Made by a program: the position numbers and the translations under genes
Shown: one piece after another, positions 58,267 to 64,000 of the stretch
How the letters are laid out: each line of letters opens with the position of its first letter
How positions within the stretch are numbered: the first letter of the stretch is position 1
Assembly: GCA_963743775.1 (NCBI GenBank)
Contig: CAVURA010000008.1
Span: 517,152-581,151 of the forward strand
Reading direction: 5' to 3'
Length of the DNA: 64,000 bases
Source of the DNA: an uncultured Bacteroidales bacterium
GTDB taxonomy: Bacteria; Bacteroidota; Bacteroidia; Bacteroidales; VadinHA17
Notes under the pieces: generated by a model
What the model saw: only the letters and a program-made list of their open reading frames with translations
Databases searched by the model: none
What the model was told of the DNA's origin: nothing

Positions 58267-58297
58267 AGGGCACCAGTAATGAGTGCCCTTTTGTCTT
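58267..58297 (+). terminator. Rho-independent terminator closing the five-gene operon
   Basis: AGGGCAC (58267-58273), a 9-nt loop, GTGCCCT (58283-58289), then TTTGTCTT. The outer attaaga/tcttaat arms can extend the stem. Confidence 0.55.
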
Positions 58298-58384
58298 AAT
58301 ATGCAGGTAGTTTATCTTTCTCACGAAAAAGGAGTTTCCGTATTGGATAGCTGAAATAAAATTGATTTCATCCGATTAGTAGCA

Positions 58385-58392
58385 TACCTTTG
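58385..58392 (+). promoter_or_regulatory. Candidate -7 promoter box (TAnnTTTG)
   Basis: TACCTTTG ends 22 nt upstream of the ATG at 58414. Confidence 0.3.
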
Positions 58393-58413
58393 ATATAAAC
58401 AAATATAAAAGCA

Positions 58414-58812
58414 ATGGGTACTTCAGTAAAGATCTTCCATTGGTTGCCACGGGTACTTTGTATACTGGCTATCCTCTTAATCAGCATGTTTGCACTTGAT
58501 TCTTTCTCACAGGAACGCACATTCTGGCAAAATCTCGGTGCCTTGCTAATGCATCTGATCCCATCATTTGTTTTGATAGCCCTGCTTATCATCGCATGGA
58601 AATGGGAGCTGATTGGGGGAATCACTTTTGCGACCATCGGTTTGGCAATAAGCCCCTTTATTTACAATCACAATTTTCATATGAACCATTCGGTTGGAAA
58701 GAGTCTCTTGGCTCTGCTTGTCGTGACCGTGCCTTTTATCATTGTGGGGATATTATTTATTGTGAGTCATTTTATGAAGAAGAAACAGGACAAAGCAGTA
58801 CTTGAACATTAA
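58414..58812 (+). CDS. Small integral membrane protein (about 4 TM helices), unknown function
   Basis: 132 aa with four hydrophobic stretches (VLCILAILLISMFAL, LIPSFVLIALLIIAW, IGGITFATIGLAI, LLALLVVTVPFIIVGILFIV). Confidence 0.55.
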   Translation: MGTSVKIFHWLPRVLCILAILLISMFALDSFSQERTFWQNLGALLMHLIPSFVLIALLIIAWKWELIGGITFATIGLAISPFIYNHNFHMNHSVGKSLLALLVVTVPFIIVGILFIVSHFMKKKQDKAVLEH

Positions 58813-58860
58813 GAATTTGGTAGCGTTGATATTATTAGTTCGAATCAAAAAAATAATCTC

Positions 58861-59580
58861 ATGAAGAATTTATTTGGTATAGGTCTGGTGACCTTTACAT
58901 TACTGTTGACGGGCAATGCATCCGGTCAGGGCTTTGTCGAAACGGTCGAAGGTTTCGCCTTTGACGCTTTATTCGGTAATGAGTGTGTTGTGAATCTTGC
59001 AACCGGAGAAGAGATCACCGGTAAGTTTTCAAGTGGCACATATGTTACAAACGGGCTAACAAAAATCACAGTTAAGCTTGAGAATGGTGAAAAGGTAAAA
59101 CTGGTCCCTGAACAAGTTGTTGCCATGCGGATAAAATCTTCAGATTTACTGAAGCTCTCCATGATTTCGGAAGCAGGCAGCTCGATAAAAGAACTGGCTA
59201 ATACGGACTTCAATGATATCGTAAACCGTGATTGGGTAGTGTTTGAAACGGCTATGACGCCTAAGAAAAATGATACATACAGGCTCCTGCAGTTGCTAAA
59301 TCCGGGATTTGACAGCAAGATCAAAGTCTTTGCGGAACCAAGTTCAAAGACTGGCGGACTCAATGTTGGTGGAATACAGGTTACCGGCGGCGAGGACAAA
59401 GCCTACCTCTTTGTCAAGGGAGGAGAGAAGGCTTTTAAGGTTAAGAAAGGCTCATATTCAGATAATTTCCAGGAGCTCTTCTCAGACTGTCCGGAGATGG
59501 TCACAGCTTTTCAGAGCGGCAAGATAAAGTGGGACGACGTTGCAGTGCATGTATTTGCTTATGATCAGGCATGCAAATGA
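58861..59580 (+). CDS. Secreted hypothetical protein
   Basis: 239 aa with signal peptide MKNLFGIGLVTFTLLLTGNASGQ. No recognisable motif. Confidence 0.5.
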   Translation: MKNLFGIGLVTFTLLLTGNASGQGFVETVEGFAFDALFGNECVVNLATGEEITGKFSSGTYVTNGLTKITVKLENGEKVKLVPEQVVAMRIKSSDLLKLSMISEAGSSIKELANTDFNDIVNRDWVVFETAMTPKKNDTYRLLQLLNPGFDSKIKVFAEPSSKTGGLNVGGIQVTGGEDKAYLFVKGGEKAFKVKKGSYSDNFQELFSDCPEMVTAFQSGKIKWDDVAVHVFAYDQACK

Positions 59581-59666
59581 AGTTGGGATTGACTAAAGTG
59601 CCTAAAGTTCATAGTTTTTCGCATAATGAAACGGATAACCTATACTCTTCATTATTGAAATATTAA

Positions 59667-60077
59667 TTGATCGGAACGCCGGTGAAAAAGACAGAAATCC
59701 CCCGAAATATTGATGAATACATTGCCGGTTGTCCTGAGCATGTACGGGGAAAATTGATGGAACTCCGGGCAGCAGTTAGGAAAGCAGCCCCGGGAGTTGA
59801 AGAAAAAATCAGCTACATGATGCCTGCTTTTGATCTTAATGGTATCCTGGTTTATTTTGCGGCGCAGACCAGACATATTGGCTTTTATCCGACATCCTCC
59901 GGGGTTACGGCTTTTAAGGATGAGATTGGAGATTATAAAAGTTCCAAAGGAGCAATTCAGTTTCCTATTGACCAGCCGCTTCCGCTTGATTTGATAGCCA
60001 GAATTGTAAAGTTCAGGGTCAGGGAAAATGCAGAACGTCATAAAATCGATAAAGAAGAAAGTGTTAGGTCATCATGA
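59667..60077 (+). CDS. DUF1801 (YdhG-like) domain protein
   Basis: IDEYIAGCPEHVRGKLMELRAAVRKAAPGVEEKISYMMPAF...IGFYP...KGAIQFPIDQPLP matches the YdhG/DUF1801 pattern. The start is uncertain: TTG at 59667 or GTG at 59682. Confidence 0.7.
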   Translation: MIGTPVKKTEIPRNIDEYIAGCPEHVRGKLMELRAAVRKAAPGVEEKISYMMPAFDLNGILVYFAAQTRHIGFYPTSSGVTAFKDEIGDYKSSKGAIQFPIDQPLPLDLIARIVKFRVRENAERHKIDKEESVRSS

Positions 60078-60305
60078 TCTTTAATTATTCGATCCTCTCC
60101 GAGGATCATTAAACAAATAGATGGTCGCAGATCATCAAATTATTGTGGGAAATTGACTTCATGAATCCCAAATTAAGATCGAAGATTATCGAATTATTGC
60201 CGACCATCAAATAAATCAATTAATTAATTGCCTTGTAATTAATTATAAATCAACGCGTTCAAAAATAAACTAAAAATATAGTCATTTTTTTGTAAAAATA
60301 GTTGC

Positions 60306-60325
60306 ATAACTATAAATATAGTCAT
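60306..60325. promoter_or_regulatory. Imperfect 20-bp palindrome with an ACTATA-aa-TATAGT core, a candidate BlaI-family operator
   Basis: ATAACTATAAATATAGTCAT abuts the -7 box. The half-site AAATATAGTCAT recurs as a 12-nt direct repeat at 60274-60285. Confidence 0.4.
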
Positions 60326-60332
60326 ATATTTG
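60325..60332 (+). promoter_or_regulatory. Candidate -7 promoter box (TAnnTTTG) for the blaI-like gene
   Basis: TATATTTG ends 27 nt upstream of the ATG at 60359. Confidence 0.35.
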
Positions 60333-60358
60333 CATTGAAGGATTGACACAATACAACA

Positions 60359-60739
60359 ATGAAGAACATGCAACTGACAAAGGCGGAGGAACAGGTGATG
60401 CAAATCCTGTGGGATATGGAAGAGGGTCTGGTTAAGGATATCCGTGACCGGTTCAATGACCCGAAACCAGCAAGAAACACTGTTTCTACAGTGGTGAGGA
60501 TACTTGAAAAGAAAGGATTTGTGGGACATAAATCGTACGGTAATGTCCACCTCTATTTTCCCCTGGTACCCAAGAGCGAATACTCCCGCAGCCAGCTTTT
60601 CGGACTGCTGGAGGGTTATTTCGATAACTCGTTCCCGGCTATGGCCTCATTCTTCGCACGTGAGAAGGATCTGACCGTCGCTGACCTGGAGGAACTGTTA
60701 TCTGAAACAAGGAAGGAGTTGTCAACTGCTAAAGGTTAG
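60359..60739 (+). CDS. BlaI/MecI/CopY family transcriptional repressor
   Basis: 126 aa. LTKAEEQVMQILW...ARNTVSTVVRILEKKGFV is a winged helix of the penicillinase-repressor family. A BlaR1-like gene follows directly. Confidence 0.85.
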   Translation: MKNMQLTKAEEQVMQILWDMEEGLVKDIRDRFNDPKPARNTVSTVVRILEKKGFVGHKSYGNVHLYFPLVPKSEYSRSQLFGLLEGYFDNSFPAMASFFAREKDLTVADLEELLSETRKELSTAKG

Positions 60740-60744
60740 GAAAG

Positions 60745-62397
60745 ATGGAAGGGCTAGCAATTTATCTGTTGAAATCTGTGATCTGGATCACAGGATTTGG
60801 TTTGGTCTATCTGCTTTTCCTGCAGAATGAGAGGTTCTTCTTAATTAACAGGATCTTCCTTGTGACGGGAATCATAAGTTCCTTGGTATTTCCTTTTGTG
60901 ACAGTCCGTTATGTAATTTCAGTGCCGGCAGTGCAGGCAGATATAATGGGGGCAGCTGTAACCGGTGGTGCCATGCACGAAGCAGGTTCCGGTGCCGGCA
61001 TTGGGAGCCTGGTTTTGGTAGGGCTATGGATTGCAGGTGCGCTATTTATAGGTGTACGGCAATTAGTCCGTACACTCACTGTCGCAAAAACCATTAATAA
61101 GTCCGAAAAGATTTCATCTTATCCGGTCAAACTTGTCAGTTCGTCTGATTATGACACTCCTTTTTCATTTTTCTCCTGCGTGGTTGTCAATCCTTCAATT
61201 AAAGACATTGAAGCAAGGGAGATTGTGAATCATGAAATTGTGCACGTCAGACAGATGCACTGGCTCGATCTTTTACTGTCAGGATTGCTTTGTACGGTTC
61301 AGTGGTTTAACCCGGTAGCCTGGATCTATTCCAGGTTAATCAGGCAGAACCATGAGTATCTTGCTGATGAGACGGCGCTGCAGCGCACATCTGATCCGGC
61401 AGTGTACAGGGCAGCTCTTTTGAACCAGATCGCTGGCTCACCTGTCATTGACCTGGGTAACTCATTCAATTATTCACTCAACAAAAAACGATTTAAAATG
61501 ATGAAGAATATTATCAGTTCACCTTACAGAAAACTCAGACTCCTGACAATACTGCCAGTGTTCGCATTGGTACTGTATGCGTTTTCAGAGCCCGAGTACA
61601 AGCTGGCAGACACCGGCAAGGGACAGGCTCCCCCTGATGCTGCCATTGCAACTCTGACAAAAGAGGTCAGGGGTACTGTCGTTCAGGAAGACGGAAAACC
61701 GCTTTCAGGAGCAGTTGTCATTGTTCAAGGCACGACAATGGGGACCTTGTCAGACGAGGAGGGACGGTTCACCCTTGAGAATGTCCCCGAGGATGCCACG
61801 CTTGTGATCTCATTTGTGGGATTTGAGTCGAAGGTCATGAAACCTTCATTCGGATCTGACATGAAGGTAAAGATGATGAGAAAGACATTTGTTACTGACA
61901 CAGCCAGGATTCCACCGCCGCCGCCGCCACCGCCACCGGGATCAAAACAAATGGCAGTCCCTCCGCCGCCACCTCCTCCGCCACCACCACCACCATCGAA
62001 GGCTACTGGAACCGGAGTTGCAGTCAGTGAAGCCGGGGGACAGAAAGTTGTCGAAGGAAAGTATGTCGCAATAGAGGAACTGCCTGAATTCCCGGGTGGA
62101 GAGGATGCTATGCTGGCATGGATCGGAGGCAACACTAAATATCCTGCTGAAGCAGTAAAAGAAAAAATATCCGGACTTGTACTGGTCAGCTTTACGGTAA
62201 GCAGCACCGGCAAGGTACAGAATGTGAAGGCCGTCAGAGGGGTCACTCCGGCCCTTGATGCCGAAGCAGTAAGGGTCATTAAGAGCATGCCTGACTGGAA
62301 ACCCGGGAGCCAGGGGGGCAAACCCATTGACGTTGAATTCACTGTTCCTGTTCAATTCAAACTGGATGGTAAAACATCCCTGAAAGTAACGAAGTAA
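60745..62397 (+). CDS. BlaR1-like M56 peptidase sensor fused to CarboxypepD_reg-like, polyproline and TonB C-terminal domains
   Basis: 550 aa with N-terminal TM helices and the M56 zinc motif HEIVHVRQMHW. Next come VRGTVVQEDGKPLSGAVVIVQGT...ISFVGFES, two proline runs, and a TonB_C-like end (ELPEFPGGEDAMLAWIGGNTKYPAEA...GLVLVSFTV...GKPIDVEFTVPVQF). Confidence 0.8.
   Translation: MEGLAIYLLKSVIWITGFGLVYLLFLQNERFFLINRIFLVTGIISSLVFPFVTVRYVISVPAVQADIMGAAVTGGAMHEAGSGAGIGSLVLVGLWIAGALFIGVRQLVRTLTVAKTINKSEKISSYPVKLVSSSDYDTPFSFFSCVVVNPSIKDIEAREIVNHEIVHVRQMHWLDLLLSGLLCTVQWFNPVAWIYSRLIRQNHEYLADETALQRTSDPAVYRAALLNQIAGSPVIDLGNSFNYSLNKKRFKMMKNIISSPYRKLRLLTILPVFALVLYAFSEPEYKLADTGKGQAPPDAAIATLTKEVRGTVVQEDGKPLSGAVVIVQGTTMGTLSDEEGRFTLENVPEDATLVISFVGFESKVMKPSFGSDMKVKMMRKTFVTDTARIPPPPPPPPPGSKQMAVPPPPPPPPPPPPSKATGTGVAVSEAGGQKVVEGKYVAIEELPEFPGGEDAMLAWIGGNTKYPAEAVKEKISGLVLVSFTVSSTGKVQNVKAVRGVTPALDAEAVRVIKSMPDWKPGSQGGKPIDVEFTVPVQFKLDGKTSLKVTK
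61912..61995 (+). repeat. Low-complexity CCN-rich DNA encoding two uninterrupted proline runs
   Basis: 61912-61938 holds nine consecutive CCN codons by my count. 61960-61995 holds twelve consecutive CCN codons. The two runs are separated by GSKQMAV. Confidence 0.9.
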
Positions 62398-62414
62398 TCC
62401 ATCACCATACAGTC

Positions 62415-62454
62415 AGCAGGGACATGCGAAAGTGCGTCCCTGCTTTCTTTTTTC
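62415..62454 (+). terminator. Rho-independent terminator
   Basis: AGCAGGGAC (62415-62423), a 12-nt partly paired loop, GTCCCTGCT (62436-62444), then TTCTTTTTT. Confidence 0.6.
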
Positions 62455-62500
62455 ATGTAGTTTTTAAATTAATGCTGCTGTTATTCCCATTTTATTACTG

Positions 62501-62508
62501 TATTTTTG
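62501..62508 (+). promoter_or_regulatory. Candidate -7 promoter box (TAnnTTTG)
   Basis: TATTTTTG lies 34 nt upstream of the ATG at 62543. Confidence 0.3.
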
Positions 62509-62542
62509 ATAGCAGTACTAATCACCCGTGCAGGGATTTTCA

Positions 62543-63646
62543 ATGATTTTGTTAAACAGCGGTATCGGAAATTACGTTTTCAGCAACGGTAAAAAATATT
62601 CATACTTCGGGGGTAATAATTACCTCGGCCTGGCCAACCATCCATCGGTAAGAGAGGCAGCCATAAAAGCTGTTGAAAAGTATGGTGTCAATTTCTCCGC
62701 CTCAAGGCATACGACAGGAACAGCAGACATCCATCTTGAACTTGAAAAGGCGCTTGCTGTTTTTAAGGGTAAAGAGGACGCGGTTGTCTTTGCTTCAGGA
62801 TACCAGGGTAACAGCATCCTGCTGGAATTACTGAAGGGCAGTTATTCAACAATCTTCATTGACCAGTCTGCCCATGCCAGTGTCATCGCCGCTATACCTG
62901 CCGATGTAGTCAAAGTGATGTATTATGACCATTGTGATGCCAGCCACCTGGAAAAATTACTCGATTATAACAAAGGCTCCGGCCCGCTGATCGTTACAGA
63001 TGGCATCTTTGCACTCACGGGTGAGATCGCACCCCTTGACCGGATATATGCGGTGGTGAAGAAACACAATGGCATCCTGGTCGTTGATGATGCTCATTCA
63101 ACAGGTGTTCTGGGCGCTTCAGGAAAGGGGACTCCTGAGTATTTCAACCTCCACGGGGAGGAAAAAATCTTCCAGACTGAGACGATGAGCAAGGCACTGG
63201 GAGGGTACGGCGGTTTTATCTCGGGATCAAAGGATCTTACTGAAATGATCAGGGAAAGATCAGCGACATACCAGGCTTCCACAGCCCTGCCGCCACCTAT
63301 AGCGGCTGCAGGTATTGCCTCCCTGAAAATCATACGCGAGCATCCTGAGTTGCGCTCCCAATTGCTTGACAAAGCAGGAAAGCTCAAAGAAGAAATAACA
63401 AGGTTGGGTTTTCAAACAACTCATTTTGATACTCCCATTGTACCAATAATTCTCGATGGACCGGAAAGCGCAAAAGGCCTTTCCTCTTATCTTGAGGAGA
63501 ATGGTGTTGTCGCTCCCTTCATGAACTATCCCGTCAGGCAGGAACTACATATGGTAAGAATTGCGGTATCCTTCAGTCACACTGATGACCAGATCGGGGT
63601 TTTGCTGGAACTGTTAAAAAAATGGAAAGAAAATGAAAAAAATTAA
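62543..63646 (+). CDS. PLP-dependent alpha-oxoamine synthase family protein (BioF/Kbl/serine palmitoyltransferase-like)
   Basis: Motifs: FGGNNYLGL, DDAHSTGVLG, and TMSKALGGYGG (PLP lysine). The start is ambiguous. I prefer the ATG at 62543 to the GTG at 62528 because of the upstream -7 box. Confidence 0.75.
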   Translation: MILLNSGIGNYVFSNGKKYSYFGGNNYLGLANHPSVREAAIKAVEKYGVNFSASRHTTGTADIHLELEKALAVFKGKEDAVVFASGYQGNSILLELLKGSYSTIFIDQSAHASVIAAIPADVVKVMYYDHCDASHLEKLLDYNKGSGPLIVTDGIFALTGEIAPLDRIYAVVKKHNGILVVDDAHSTGVLGASGKGTPEYFNLHGEEKIFQTETMSKALGGYGGFISGSKDLTEMIRERSATYQASTALPPPIAAAGIASLKIIREHPELRSQLLDKAGKLKEEITRLGFQTTHFDTPIVPIILDGPESAKGLSSYLEENGVVAPFMNYPVRQELHMVRIAVSFSHTDDQIGVLLELLKKWKENEKN

Positions 63647-64000
63647 AATTAAGAAGGTATTTATTGACGCGGTCAATGTGGACCTGGATGAGCCGTTCAA
63701 GATTGCCATCGGGACAAAGTACAATATCGAAAACGCAATAGTAACTGTTGTGCTTGATAACGGTATCGAAGGCTATGGCGAAGCTGCTCCCCTCGAACCT
63801 ATCAACGGTGAGAACCAGGCTACTGTGCTGGCTACACTCAACAGCTGCATCGACTTTATAAAAGGAAAGGAGATCACCGATTACCGTGCCATATCCAAAA
63901 CCCTCAGGGGCGTTTTCTGGGCACAGGTCACTGCCCGGTGTGCTGTTGAGATGGCGCTGATCGATGCTTATACCAAGGTTTTGAATATCCCTATGTATGA
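63633..64000 (+). CDS. N-terminal fragment of an enolase-superfamily enzyme (dipeptide epimerase / muconate-lactonizing family). It runs off the window end.
   Basis: This ORF is not in the supplied track. My translation from the ATG at 63633 reads MKKIKIKKVFIDAVNVDLDEPFKIAIGTKYNIENAIVTVVLDNGIEGYGEAAPLEPINGENQATVLATL...ARCAVEMALIDAY, the typical capping-domain pattern of L-Ala-D/L-Glu epimerases. It overlaps the previous gene by 14 nt. Confidence 0.7.
   Translation, partial: MKKIKIKKVFIDAVNVDLDEPFKIAIGTKYNIENAIVTVVLDNGIEGYGEAAPLEPINGENQATVLATLNSCIDFIKGKEITDYRAISKTLRGVFWAQVTARCAVEMALIDAYTKVLNIPMY

Noticed and set aside
60091-60107. A GATCCTC-tcc-GAGGATC hairpin after the DUF1801 gene
   Set aside because: It has a 7-bp stem with a 3-nt loop and no T-tract. 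It is too weak to call a terminator.
60121-60215. Short direct and inverted repeats in the AT-rich spacer before the blaI-like gene (GATCATCAAATTATT / GACCATCAAATAAAT, and ATGGTCG / CGACCAT)
   Set aside because: Only about 12 of 15 positions match, in low-complexity AT-rich DNA. There are no flanking features suggesting a mobile element end or an att site.
61725-62342. A 205-aa antisense ORF with long poly-Gly runs, plus the overlapping ORFs 61942-62355 and 61889-62074
   Set aside because: It is the reverse-complement shadow of the proline-run (CCN) region inside the well-supported BlaR1/TonB-like gene. It has no start context or motifs of its own.
1-64000. Search for tRNA, rRNA, CRISPR arrays, transposase/integrase genes and long terminal repeats
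   Set aside because: The intergenic regions are short, the longest being about 345 bp. None showed cloverleaf-like structure, regularly spaced repeats, or transposase- or recombinase-like ORFs. This was a scan by eye only, so small ncRNAs could have been missed.

Overview
The window looks like a chromosomal segment of a Bacteroidota-type genome. Evidence: T9SS C-terminal sorting domains, a PorU/PorV/PorP/GldJ cluster, and TAnnTTTG -7 boxes upstream of several start codons. I call about 55 protein-coding genes and recognise no rRNA, tRNA, CRISPR array, transposase or integrase. Most of the content is housekeeping (dcp, rlmN, recR, alaS, hutU, ispF, murF, mtaB, folC) or cell-envelope related (GT2 enzymes, an acyltransferase, M23 peptidases, a GH20 hexosaminidase, OM proteins, T9SS/gliding genes). 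Four points stand out. (1) The best candidate for an undescribed system is a tightly packed five-gene + strand operon at 52.55-58.21 kb. All five products have signal peptides and none matches a family I can name. It lies divergent from a FadR-type GntR regulator, with a 14-bp perfect inverted repeat in the shared intergenic region and a terminator at its end. Two of its proteins share a ~55-aa module. (2) The T9SS sortase gene porU is split by four frame breaks, while porV, porP/sprF, gldJ and two CTD-bearing cargo genes are intact. (3) Three tandem TPR + PD40-propeller paralogs carry different C-terminal modules: SPOR-like, none, and beta-sandwich plus TM anchor. (4) I see nine frame breaks in total (rlmN, nif3, porU x4, folC x2, operon gene D). 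Several sit at short homopolymers, so sequencing error and real decay cannot be separated from this sequence alone. All functional calls rest on motif and architecture recognition by eye; no database search was possible.
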